From Basidiobolus meristosporus CBS 931.73 (Eukaryota; Fungi; Basidiobolomycota): a stretch of DNA of 64,000 nucleotides. Positions 12,843 to 24,992 of the stretch are shown piece by piece. A program made the position numbers and the translations under genes. The stretch's first letter is position 1. Every line of letters begins with the position of its first letter. The notes under the pieces were generated by a model. That model had not been told where the DNA came from and ran no database searches. It was given only the letters and a program-made list of their open reading frames with translations. The DNA lies in contig MCFE01000036.1 in NCBI GenBank assembly GCA_002104905.1, forward strand, positions 1-64,000, read 5' to 3'.

Positions 12843-15171
12843 ATGGCCGCTGCAATTAAACAGGTTTTTAAGAGATGTCGCCATGAAGGTATGCTTAAGC
12901 TGTCACTAGATGAGTGGTCATTTCTTTATCCTGAACCATTCTAGGCCGTCCAGCCTTCGTTGCGTTCGTAACTGCCGGCTTCCCAGAAGCATCCGAAACC
13001 CTCAGATTATGCTATCATTAGAGAAAGGAGGGGCTGATATCATTGAGCTAGGTAAGCAGCACACACATATTTTATTGCACCCAGTACCCCTGATCTCCAG
13101 TCAATTAACACATCAATTGTAACAGGCGTTCCCTTTACTGATCCTTTGGCGGATGGACCTACCATTCAAGAAGCGAATCAGGTACGCACTTCCTATTAGC
13201 TCTACATTGGTTTTGATTATTTACTGGCGATTTTAGATCGCGTTGAAAAATGGGGCGGATATTGAAAAATGTCTGGATTATGTCAAGCAAGCCAGAGAGT
13301 TGGGATTGAAGGTTCCGGTGATTTTCATGGGATACTACAATCCTATTCTTAGCTATGGAGAGGAGAGGATCGTCGCTGAATGTGCTGAGGTCGGCGTGAA
13401 TGGGTTCATCTTAGTAGATTTACCTCCGGAGGAAGCCCATGATTTCAGAAAGATCTGCTCCGCAAGGAATCTTAGCTATATTCCGTTGATCGCGCCTAGC
13501 ACTTCCGAGTCTAGAATTCGCCATCTGACACAGGTTGCGGATAGTTTTATCTATGTCGTCAGTAGACTGGGTGTCACTGGACAAACAGATGAGATCAACG
13601 TTGAACTTCCTCAAATGATCGAGCGAATTCGTAGATATACCGAGCTACCACTGGCCGTTGGCTTTGGTGTTTCCAATCGAGACCATTTCCAAAGTGTGGG
13701 GGAGCATGCCGACGGTGTGGTCATTGGAAGCAAGTTCATTCATATTTTAAAGAGCGCCGCTCCTGAAGACAGGCTTCATGCGGTAGAGCAATTTGGACTG
13801 GAAGTCACCGGCCGCACCTCAATTTCAGATAACACCCACTGCGGAGTCGATCAACCAGCTGACACACGTTCGGAAAGGGTCTTTGAGAAGCCTGAAGGGG
13901 AATCAGAGGAAGAGGAGGTAGCCAAAAACCATCGGTTTGGCGAATTTGGTGGGCGATATGTTCCTGAGGCCCTGGTTGATTGCCTAGTGGAATTTGAGAA
14001 CGCCTTTTTGCAGGCGAAAGAAGACCCCAAGTTCTGGGAGGAGTTCCGGTCTCTCTATCCATATATTGGGCGTCCCTCCGAATTGCAGTTTGCTGATAGG
14101 CTCACTGAGCATGCAGGTGGTGCACGGATCTGGCTCAAGCGCGAGGACCTTAATCACACAGGGTCTCACAAGATCAACAATGCCATTGGCCAGATTCTTG
14201 TGGCTAAACGTCTAGGAAAGAAACGGATTATAGCTGAGACTGGTGCAGGTCAACATGGCGTGGCGACTGCTACAGCATGTGCCAAATTTGGGCTGGAATG
14301 CATTGTATACATGGGCTCTGAGGATATTCGACGACAAGCATTGAATGTTTTCCGGATGCGAATGCTGGGTGCTACGGTCCATGCTGTCGAATCAGGCAGC
14401 AGAACACTCAAAGATGCTGTCAACGAGGCCATGCGTGACTGGGTTACCAACGTTTCCACCACTCACTACGTGGTAGGATCCCCCATTGGCCCCCATCCAT
14501 TCCCCACTGTTGTTCGGGAGTTCCAATCGGTGATCGGCAGAGAAGCTCGAGAACAAATGCTTGAACGCGCTGGAAAACTTCCTGATGCCCTTGTTGCGTG
14601 CGTTGGCGGTGGTAGCAATGCTATAGGCCTCTTCCATCCCTTCATTAACGACAAAAGCGTGAACTTTGTGGGAGTAGAAGCGGGTGGCGATGGTATCGAC
14701 ACTGAATTCCATTCGGCCACATTAGCTGCTGGAACACCGGGTGTGTTCCACGGTGCTCGCACCTACTTGCTTCAGGATAAGAAGGGGCAAATCTTAGAAA
14801 CTCACAGTATCAGTGCTGGGCTCGATTACCCAGCAGTGGGCCCTGAACATGCTTGGTTAAAGGACAGCGGCCGTGCCAAGTACATTGCGGTGAATGATAG
14901 AGAGACCATGATTGGATTCCGTATGATGACCCAGTTGGAGGGAATCATCCCCGCGCTGGAATCCTCTCATGCCATTTATGCCGCTCTCAACTTAGCCTCC
15001 ACCATGCCCAAAGATAGTGATGTGCTAATCTGTGTTAGCGGTCGTGGAGACAAAGATGTCCACACCGTAGCTGAAACACTACCCAAATTCGGACCACAGA
15101 TTGGATGGGATTTGCTATTTGACCCTCAAAACCCTGCTCATTCAGCCAGTATATCCACCATTGGACAATAG
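12843..15171 (+). CDS. TRP5: Tryptophan synthase, fused alpha-beta (4 exons: 12843-12888, 12945-13051, 13126-13181, 13237-15171); apparent 1-nt deletion at ~13000
   Basis: Alpha motifs '[13 protein letters not shown]', '[22 protein letters not shown]'. Beta motifs '[15 protein letters not shown]' (PLP Lys), 'ETGAGQHG', 'CVGGGSN', 'SGRGDKD'. GT-AG introns fit in frame except for one frameshift in exon 2. Confidence 0.95.
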
Positions 15172-15492
15172 TAATTCTCGATTGCTGTCTCGATTGTTGT
15201 TCTAATAAAGCAATGTCTCATCAAAATAAGCTACCTTTGATATCGACAATATGTGGTATTCTGCTTTTCATATCAAGCTTGTCACACTACTTGTTTCTAA
15301 ATGCTCGATACTTGGAAGATGGGGATTTTATTGTATCTACTTCCAAGCCAGGTAAGTTGGACTTTACATATTGATATGCATGCATGCATGTAGGGGCTCT
15401 CAGAATCAATTATACACCACCGTTAGCACGGCCAATTTAAATTATGTAGTATCAGTATTCCTATATTACAAGCTGTCGTCAGCCACTTTTCT

Positions 15493-15933
15493 TTAACGTA
15501 CATAAGTTGGCGGTGGTGGAGATATCGACGATGAGTCTTCCGGATTGCTATCCCCCATAGTGATCTCACTTAACCGACTGGTGATGGTATCAACAACCGG
15601 AAGTGGAAGCTTTTCCTGAGAGCTATGAACTGAATAGAATGGCAATTCCTCCAGCGGATGATTTCCCGAGTTGAGATTCCTCAAGGTAAGCTTCACTCGA
15701 CGACTCAGCTCGCGTGAATGTTGGATCCGGCGCACCAGACGACGACCTAGCACGAATGCCAGCAACAAAACAACGAGAGCAACGGTCACAAGGATAAGGG
15801 ACAATGTTGTGGTGGACAATGAGTGTTTCAAGGAGTCCTGGGAGTTACGGGTTGGTGGAGAATCACCCAGGTTCACCGCTTCCAGCAGGTTGACTCTGCT
15901 CAGTAATATTGACAGAATAACAGCGTTACGCAT
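15493..15933 (-). CDS. Small orphan type-I membrane protein (signal peptide plus one TM helix), 146 aa
   Basis: ATG at 15933 gives 'MRNAVILSILLSRVNLLEA'. TM 'LSLILVTVALVVLLLAFVLG' is followed by basic RRLVRR, and the tail ends PPPPTY. Confidence 0.6.
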   Translation of the reverse strand: MRNAVILSILLSRVNLLEAVNLGDSPPTRNSQDSLKHSLSTTTLSLILVTVALVVLLLAFVLGRRLVRRIQHSRELSRRVKLTLRNLNSGNHPLEELPFYSVHSSQEKLPLPVVDTITSRLSEITMGDSNPEDSSSISPPPPTYVR

Positions 15934-16531
15934 TACGATTGTGTTGTGGCTAAATTCTTGATTGTTCAAGCGAGCGGTTGACGCGGATTTTATATTCCAC
16001 CGATGAGTAAGGCCTACGTGAGTGATATACGACAGCTCAGAGTATGTCATCTCTTACCTTGGGGTTGGAGACCCTCATTCAACCGCAGCAAGGATTTGCC
16101 ATTAATTAGATTGGTAAACAGCAGCAATTAGAGTTTGCCAACCGCAATACAGATTGGTTTGCATAATGATGCGGAGACACAGCTCACAACTCCGAGATGC
16201 ATGATCATTACTTTTCATCCCACACAAGGAATGCCCGCCTCAAATGATCATCCCCATTACCATAGTAAGTGACACACAAGCTTAAACTAAGAAGTTCGTT
16301 TTAAGGGATTCTAATTGTTTGGTGTCTTACCATATCTCCCTCCTCAGCTTCTATATGTCTTCTGGATGAATGAAAACCGCAATGGCAACCTTAAAACGAG
16401 ATTTCCACCAATCACGGCTACATTACCATCCGCAGTTACCTAAAATCGAGATTTTGAGCAGATGCGTTGAAATTCCAAAAAAAAATCTGCCCGACCTATT
16501 TAAAGGCTCCGCTCCAAACACCCAACACGAA

Positions 16532-17908
16532 ATGAATTCCAAGTCCGCAGTTATTTCGCTCGCTGGCGTTGCCGCTGGTGCTGTACTATATTCGTCCTTT
16601 CATCCACAAATATCCAAGATTTGTGCCAAATCAAAATACAACCTTGTTGCCTACATCACCGAGTTTGTGAATAAATGGTTCCGCTCTGGGCTAGTCCCTT
16701 ACCCCGGGGACGAGTCCATTTCCCCACAGTGGATTACTCAACTTTTCCGCGACAAGGGAGTATTAAATGAGGAGAACGAAGTGGAGTCGGTTATTGTCGA
16801 GGATCTTCAAGGGAATAGAGGCCTTACTGGTTCACTATGCCGACTTCGACTGACATACGCGAACAGCAAGGCGGTAGCCCCATCTCTTCCACAAACTCTC
16901 ATCTTGAAGCTGACGATACTTGGAGTCAACAACCGCCGTTCTGCTATATCTGCCGGCCAATTTCGAGAGGCGGTGGCGTATGAGAAGCTTGATACCCACT
17001 ACGCCAAATATTTGCCCAAGATTTATTTCACATACGGCTCCTCTTTGACCGGCACCCAGATTATCTTGATGGAAGACCTAATGGGGATCAAGGAAGCAAT
17101 AGGGGTGAATCACCTATTTGGCAACCAAATCTGGGGAGCGAACAACACGCTATCGAACCCACCTGACCAGGTGGAAGTACTGCAGAAGATGTTTGGATTT
17201 GCGGCCGAGCTTCATGCTAAACATTGGAATGATCGATCACTATTGAATCAAGATTGGGTCAAAGGAGCAGGCTGGTACCAAGGCAGAGATCGAGCAAGAT
17301 GGGAACTTGCTATTGATCGAGCCAGATCCTCATGGACTCTGTATAAGCAACACATGGCCTCAGGTGACTCCGGAGCCCAGCTAGCCCCCAAATTCATCGA
17401 TATAGTGGATAAATCGTTTGCATCAACCTCTTGGGACAATCTTCAGAAACATCTGCGGGATCCAACGATCCCTTTCACACTGTGTCATGGGGATTTTCAT
17501 GCAGGAAATATGATATGGGTGCAATCCGATTCTGAGCAGCAGCTGCGTGTGGTCGACTGGTCAGAGGTCGGTGTATGGGAACCCACTGCGGATCTGGGAC
17601 AAACAATCATCTCAGATGTAAAACCAGAGATATGGCGCGATAACCAAACGGATATCAAGCTGTTGCGAGAGTACTGGGAAAAGCTCGTCAGCCTGGGAGT
17701 GTCTGCCGAGGAGTATCCGTTTGATTTGTGTCTGGAGAGATACGAGCGGGCGCCTGTCGAGAGATGGATTTGGGTGTTCAGTGTGATGTCAATGTTTGGA
17801 CTGCCAGCAGCGGCAATTCAGTACTTCCACGATCAAATCTTATCGTTCATCGAGGCACATGGTGACCATGAAGCTTACATTCTAAAACCAGTGGTGTGCT
17901 TAATTTGA
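16532..17908 (+). CDS. EcKL/APH-like phosphotransferase, copy 2 (458 aa, intronless)
   Basis: Paralogue of 10392-11768 with identical length from ATG 16532. Motifs 'LCHGDFHAGN' and 'VDWSE'. Confidence 0.85.
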   Translation: MNSKSAVISLAGVAAGAVLYSSFHPQISKICAKSKYNLVAYITEFVNKWFRSGLVPYPGDESISPQWITQLFRDKGVLNEENEVESVIVEDLQGNRGLTGSLCRLRLTYANSKAVAPSLPQTLILKLTILGVNNRRSAISAGQFREAVAYEKLDTHYAKYLPKIYFTYGSSLTGTQIILMEDLMGIKEAIGVNHLFGNQIWGANNTLSNPPDQVEVLQKMFGFAAELHAKHWNDRSLLNQDWVKGAGWYQGRDRARWELAIDRARSSWTLYKQHMASGDSGAQLAPKFIDIVDKSFASTSWDNLQKHLRDPTIPFTLCHGDFHAGNMIWVQSDSEQQLRVVDWSEVGVWEPTADLGQTIISDVKPEIWRDNQTDIKLLREYWEKLVSLGVSAEEYPFDLCLERYERAPVERWIWVFSVMSMFGLPAAAIQYFHDQILSFIEAHGDHEAYILKPVVCLI

Positions 17909-18541
17909 TTGCTGTTTGGTGTGCTTAATTTGATAATGGCAATAAACCGATGAATCATACACCTTACACTTACGTCGTTGATCAGGATGGCCCTATGAGC
18001 TCTGTCATATCAGGATCGCAATTTCTAGATAAGAAATGAAATGGCTTGAAGCGACGCCTCTGATTCGATGATCTCGTACATTACATTAACATTAACATCA
18101 TTAGAGATGTGCCGATAGCTGGGCAGATAGTTCAGCGCACTCGCAATGTTCCAAAACCATATCTTATCTTTATCTGGGATATACAGGCGATGATATCAGC
18201 TCGGTGGACGTTCATTTTCAATAAAGATCCTTTTTTTATTTTACAGGTGAGTGAAGCAATTTTGGCGAGGTTACGATTATTTTGTCCAAGTACCGCTGGC
18301 TATGGAGAAAAGGCTATCGTACAATTTTGCTGGCGGATGTCGAGAACTCGGTAGATCGAACCACGATGTCGCGGCTTCGTGAGTTCGAAGGGCGACCAAG
18401 GATAAATAATAATTAGGAGTATTGTGTACAAAATCGTTATCAGAGTACAAGGCATGGTAACGACAAAATGGGGGGTTGTGTGGGATAAGTGGGAGAGGCT
18501 GACTTGAAAGAACCCATAAACCTCGTATCAATCGATGCTCT

Positions 18542-19424
18542 TCACATACTCATAGGATCGTTGGATAACGGAAGACTGTGGTCGATGTTTTCAAACAAAA
18601 TGAAGGGATCACGGTCGCCCATGGTTATGTTTTGGAATGAGAGCGATATCTGAGTGTTGCTTGTGTATGGCTCGTTAGGTCCTAGCGGCTTAACTCTGAT
18701 TGACATGTCGACGAACAGCGGGTACTCTTGGAAGAATTCCTCGACACCAAGTTGAACCACAGTTGCGTCGTCACAGCATTTCGGTAGTGAAAATACGTGA
18801 CCTGCACGAACCTCGATAAACACCTTCGAAAGTTTGGAGAAAGAGCGGAGCTCGGATCGCGTGACTGACGAGAATAACTCCCCCTTCAGGCGTTGTAGTA
18901 TGCTTTGTGCCAGTTTGTCTACCTTCTCCTCAAGAACCGGGACAAAATTCTCGGCGTCAGCGGAACCTGATAGCTTGTCTCCGAGCCAGTGCTCGACGAC
19001 TCGAGCTATGAATGAAGTAGCAACCGAGCCGTGACTGCCGATGTGTGGGATAGACAAGAAACCCCCGCCGCGCCCGATATCAAAGAAGTATGTTAGGCGC
19101 ACGGTAGAGACCGGAGAGAAGCATTCAGAGTCCAGCTCTTTGTTGAAAACATCATAGAGCATTTTCGAGTGAGGGTCGGTGGACATCTTGAAGGGACCAA
19201 TTTGTGGCACCAAGGCGTCGTTTCGAATGTTGTTTTCGATGAACATCCGGTCGGCCGAGTGAGTGGCGGTAAGGCTTGGGCGTATAGTAGACTCTTTCAT
19301 GGTGATATTATTGCGAATTACTGGTCACAAACATTAGTATGGGAATTTATGACTGGAGAAATAGAAAATACTCACCAGAAACGTTCGACTCGGTGTTTTG
19401 AAAGGTGGAAGGAGCAGTAAGCAT
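18542..19424 (-). CDS. Hypothetical protein, 2 exons (19424-19376, 19320-18542)
   Basis: ATG at 19424 and a GTGAGT...CAG intron (19375-19321) join in frame to the 252-aa ORF. No recognisable domain. Confidence 0.55.
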
Positions 19425-21580
19425 GGTATTCAAGAGGTGCGAAGACAATACGGCGCTGGCTTAGGCTCCAAAAATTGATACAGAATGTGGGAAAATAAGC
19501 AGGATACAGGGAGAGAATAATGGCTCGCTGGCTGGTCAGTGGAGATTGGATCACTATATTCCAGTTAGGATAGGGGTTTGCGAACTTTATATACTTCCTT
19601 TTATCAGCAATCACATTATCAGTGAAGAATAAGAGCGATATAAAAGCGTCATTGACCAGCCTATCATCGTCGTTCTCTATCAACCCCTGCTGCATATATC
19701 AAGACTAACCAAATAATGATTTCATCATGAATTGATAGAGAATTGAGATTGTGCTCAAAAGATAACGTCTCCATATGTATTTTTGATGCTTCATCACCAC
19801 CTTGAATCCCCATCTTACGGAGCATATCGATTGATTGATTGATTGATTCCGGCACAAGCAGTGATTCGGATTTCCTAAAACGGCCACCTTCCAAATTTGA
19901 GAATATTCTCATCAGTGTGGTTGAAAGTAGTCTACTTGGCCTTCTGCATCACGTTTATGGAGCAGAATTAAGCTACAATAGACGAGCACCGCTTAAGGCG
20001 CAATGAATTCATATGGTGTGGTGGGCGAGTGTGTGAAGCTGATGATAGAAACTTCCACTGATTAATCGCATCGGCCATTTCTCACTAATCGTCCATATGT
20101 AACATCTCTTTCCAAGTGAATCATTCAGTCAACATGGCCAACAACTCTGATAACCCCTAAAAATTACATCATTGCCGGTTTATCCCACTGCGCATCTCCC
20201 CTGTCTCTTCACTAGTCTTTACAATGAAGTCATTTCTGTTGACCCAACTTTAAGACCGTCACGAGTGAATCGCATCACGGTTGATGGTTGATTGAAGCAA
20301 CGTTCAAAAAATGGGCTTTTCAATAGTGGCCATCTAGATTAAGAGATATTGCCAGCGGTTGACTGTTCAATCTCACTGATGACTAGGACATTCTAATTGT
20401 CAGCAGGATTCATGAAGCCAGAAGGAGAAAAGGCAAATGCAAATCAGCCAAATAATTCCCCGAATCGCTCTTACCGCTATAGAGCCTCATGGAGCGTAAT
20501 TCTTTACCAAGAATAGACACCCACTAAAGGTGGCTTTATCCATGTTTTCCTTTTTCATCGCTCCTATAACTTTGCAGTTTACGAGTCATGACCTCACTCA
20601 TCATTCTTGATCGATACCATATCAAATGCGCAAGCAAGAGCTGGGGCTTTGAAATGTATGTCCCCTAAATAAGAATCGGATTGATTCCAATTGCAGATAT
20701 TCCGATTCCCATATCGATGGATCTCGACTCCGATAATATACACAAAATTGGATAATATCTGTTCTCTAATAGTATAGCTATCTCCACAATCAACTTACAA
20801 ATATGGAGGCTCGGTGATTCCTGATAGTCGTCTTGTAAAACACCAACTAGTGCCATGCAGTTTAGGATGGTTGACGTACTCTTGAATAGACTGAATCAAA
20901 CCTCTCTCTCTTTCTGTGTTTCTAGAAAAATCCGCCGGTGGAACCTTGTGGATGGACATTTACGTACAAAAGAGAAATGTCTAGAAAAGGCTTTAACCCA
21001 TCTCCATGCCCAACTCCACCAAATCAGGAAAATCAAGTAACCACGAAAACGCCACATACCAAGACACAACTAAGAGAAGTGTTTGCGGTTTATTGACCAG
21101 CGACTGTCACACGACCTTCTTAGTAATTAACATTAACACAGACCCGTTCATTGTGGCATATCCGTCAAACAAAGGCATATGTTTTACTGGATTTGTTGGC
21201 CGGTTCCCATCCATTATTCCCTCTACACTGATGTTCTGAATTGCCGCAAATGTAGAGAATCTGTACTGAGTTAGGTACAACTATTATGAATCACAATAAG
21301 TCTTAGTCTTAGTGTAATCCAAGATCTCCGGAAAGCAACATAATTTATTCAAATTTGAGTATTTTGATTCCTGAATACCCAGATGCCTGTACCTATATTA
21401 ATGACTCTATATACAACATATAAATTATCATTGATTGAAAATTTTGGCAAAATTGAGTGATGTTTGAGATTAGTGCACGAGTGGAAGCGAATGTAAATGA
21501 CAACCCTACCTAAACAAAAGTATGCAAAAATGTATAAACTAATTACGAAATTATTAAAAATCGATATCAACAGATTCACC

Positions 21581-22012
21581 TCAATGTCGGGCTACATTAG
21601 GGGTGAGTGAGAAACGTAGGGTCTCTTCATACTGTCCATTGGATTCGTTATAGAACCCATTGTATAGCATATCATCGAAGTTTTTCGTCTTCTGGATCCT
21701 TTTTCTCGCTGTTTCTGCATCATACTTTTGAGTGTAGCCAGGCGGCTGAGTACGGTACTTCATGGACCCCAGTAGTACAGGTGACTTCAGCGATTCCATA
21801 AATTTTAAAGACAGCGGAGAGAGTTGGCTTCTTGAGAGATACTTCTCTAAGGCATGTTTGTCGTCCGTGTAGTTCATTGAAGCGCTGATCCAACATTTAC
21901 CATCATTATGAAAATTATGTGCGGTGGGGGAGGAAACTGGCGAAATGCCTGAACGATCTCTCAATGGTATCAATTTGAGTTTAGGGAGGGCCTTGAAGAA
22001 TTTGCGCACCAT
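21581..22012 (-). CDS. Small hypothetical protein (143 aa) with C-terminal F-D-D-x-L-x-x-G...FSLTP motif
   Basis: Open ORF. Its C-terminus aligns with that of the divergent ORF at 22828-23130. Confidence 0.6.
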   Translation of the reverse strand: MVRKFFKALPKLKLIPLRDRSGISPVSSPTAHNFHNDGKCWISASMNYTDDKHALEKYLSRSQLSPLSLKFMESLKSPVLLGSMKYRTQPPGYTQKYDAETARKRIQKTKNFDDMLYNGFYNESNGQYEETLRFSLTPNVARH

Positions 22013-22827
22013 AATTTGATGTAGATTTGGTCAAGAAAGTAGGAAGAAACAACGTGAGCTAAAATACAATCATACCGAAAACCACCATCTATATATAACT
22101 TTCCTAAAAGCCTTACTAATATGCGTTGTATTAACCATTAATTATGAATTTCCTAAAAGATTTTCTTTCTATACTTGAATAGTAAGGCTCGTCGCCAGAC
22201 ACCCATCATAAATGATAATCACAAGCATAGTCAAGTCAAATTATTGCATGCCTGTTTCACTTTCATATAACCGCGGACTATATTTGGTAATCACTTCCAG
22301 TTATTGACTAATGAGAAAAGTTGGCAACTATTGAATGTCAACCTTGGACGAAAATAACCAAAACGTGATCAACATGGTAACTATGAGCCATCACATCATT
22401 CGTGTTGTACCTTACACAACCACTAAAATCAATTTTTTAGGTTTAAAATTTCCATCAGTTTTGGAATGGGCCAAGCGTGTTCATGGAGGATTGTTTATGA
22501 GACGCGTTTTGTGATTAAATATTCCTGCGTAGACCTGAATGTATGGGTAATACGGGTATTGAGATCAATCACTGTTTATGGAAATAATGATTTTGCAGGA
22601 GGTTCTAGGTTTTGAAATCTCAACGCGTATCACGGAGACGCGTCTATATTCTGACACCACGGCTGAGATTATCCTGGTGAATACTTGTTTGGTGCGGTAT
22701 ATAATAGGCCATACTGCATGGCCAACAGTTTCCGTATTGACTCTTACCTTACATTCTTTGCTTCTCAACACATTTCTCACTTTATAGTACCAATTAATCA
22801 TTTCCCCACTGAGCCTACATCTACGTG

Positions 22828-23130
22828 ATGGACACCTACTCACCACCAATGACTCCTTTCAAAATGCCATCTCGAAAACCTCGCGTATCACCTGGAATAC
22901 CCAGTATTTGGATTGATGACGAGGACGTTAGACCTTCAATGGAGTCTAACACCAAGGCTCGCTTTTCAGAGTCGAAGCCGATCAGACACCCTGACCATAT
23001 GAACACCGCACGTAGAAAATTACGTATGGCCATTAGTTTCGAGGACGTCTTGCAGAACGGATTTCTCGTAGATGGGAAATACCAGCCCACCGTACAGTTT
23101 TCATTAACTCCATCTGTTGCTAGACAATAA
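22828..23130 (+). CDS. Small hypothetical protein (100 aa) with the same C-terminal motif
   Basis: 'TARRKLRMAISFEDVLQNGF...TVQFSLTPSVARQ' versus 'TARKRIQKTKNFDDMLYNGF...TLRFSLTPNVARH'. Confidence 0.6.
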   Translation: MDTYSPPMTPFKMPSRKPRVSPGIPSIWIDDEDVRPSMESNTKARFSESKPIRHPDHMNTARRKLRMAISFEDVLQNGFLVDGKYQPTVQFSLTPSVARQ

Positions 23131-24992
23131 GAGTAGGATTGGATCTGAACGACCGCCATACCCATACCCATATGCATATATATATCATTATACCAGTTGA
23201 GCAACTGATCATCACTGTACAAAACAATAAACCACTTCTCTCTTAATACAAAGTGTTCCGGTTTTTTTTACGGCGGGGTAGTGATCAAGCCATACGTTCT
23301 ACGCATCCGTTATCAGGCACAGGCGTTAATGGGAATGTAAATTCGGGATGATGTATGCACTTGCACATTGTTATCAACACTGTTAACTACTGCAAGTCGG
23401 GAATTGGCTGTTCATGTGGGACACACCGATTTGTTGAACCTAAGTAGTTGCGTCGATGATCCAGAGTTTGTCGACTTGGGCGTGTACGTATGGACGCCTA
23501 ATGCAGCCCAGCTTCGGTTACGATTTAGGATTGATGATCTTGATTCAGTCCATTATTGAAGTCAGGCAAAGCTGATCTTTCCAAGCCCGTTTTTGCCAAC
23601 CCATTGCCAAAGAATTGATTTCTCGATACTCGTGATACAGAGTAGGAAAGAAGAGGGAAGAAATCCCGACTGTAGCATCTTTTCGTTATCAAGGATGGTC
23701 CAGGTTTCTATTTGTGTCTGTGAAATGATTACATCGATCTGGCTATTATAACTCCTAATCCCTTTACCATCAACATAGGGATCTGTACCAACAGGCTTCA
23801 GAGCAGGTTTCCTGATATGAAAGGTTGGCCCCAAGTATGCTTTGGGTAACCATCACCGTAGTAGCGATCCGAAATTCTATTCCCACCGTCAACACAACCA
23901 CAAATGGTATCATATAACGGCTAGCAATTGAGTACAGCCGCCAGCAAGTGGCTTCCGTTTGAGTTACAAAAAATGCGGTGACATAAAGGGGAAGTAAAAC
24001 CGACATACATATGAGGGTTTCGGCTCTTGTTCTCAACAGCAACAAACAATATTGGCGACACTATGGACAGCCGTTGAGGTGGTCATAAAAGCTAACACGT
24101 ATCAATGCTTCGGTAAGGCCAATGTTGAATGTTATGGGGTGGTGTGGAACTGACTCGAAAAAGGATCCAAAATCAACAATCAATCTTGGTACCAGAAGAA
24201 CGATTTGGGAAACACAGGTTATTTCAATACTTTCTAACCATATCATACAAAGGAAGCTGTGCATCGCAGAGATGGGGAAAAATCTACCTCCAACTATGAT
24301 GGACAGAATATTTCGTCATCATACAGTCCTCCTAGTCTAACTAGTTTAATATCAATCTTCAATGAAATCTCGGTTCAATCATGGTAGTAATGACCAGGAT
24401 ACGATGAGATTATCTGGATTTATCGGCATTGGGACATCAAATTCCAATTATATACATCGATCATAAAAATAGTTCATTAATACCCATATTAGCCTTGCGG
24501 CTATTATAGCTCCACATACGCTTTCACTACAGAAGGTGCTGGGACTAAAGTTATTTCCGGTTCCACCTTGGCCACCGCACTTGCCCATCACATATATCGT
24601 GTTGTGGCCAGTAAATCGAGATGATAAGCAATTTCACTAGGGTCATTTTACGTATAGAAGACCCATAGAAAATTAAGTAGATTCGACCATTGATAAAAGA
24701 CCTGCAATGGAATACTACCAAAGAGATTCCGCCTACACTTACTCACAAGTCCACATAAGGTAGCTTGTAAGTACGGTTCTACGGCATTAGAGAATAAAGC
24801 CCAATTTATTGGCCGAAGTTTACATAATCCGGTTACATTCACAATTCAGCCTATTTTGGTCATCAAACAAAAACGAAGAAATGAATGGATCGAAATTTCA
24901 TTGATGCCAACACACAAATCGAACTCATTTGCAATACGGTATTGGTGAGAATATCCCTCACCCCTTTTGAGCTTGACCGCCGTGGTAAAGAC

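Noticed and set aside
16370-16531. Longer N-terminus for kinase copy 2
   Set aside because: ATG 16532 aligns with the start of copy 1 and gives an identical 458-aa length.
20640-21000. Minus-strand 'TAWH*LVFYKTTIRNHRASIF' resembling a retroelement zf-RVT remnant
   Set aside because: Too degraded to support without a database search.
23560-24600. Hydrophobic ORF fragments suggesting a broken membrane-protein gene
   Set aside because: No consistent splice model or recognisable family.
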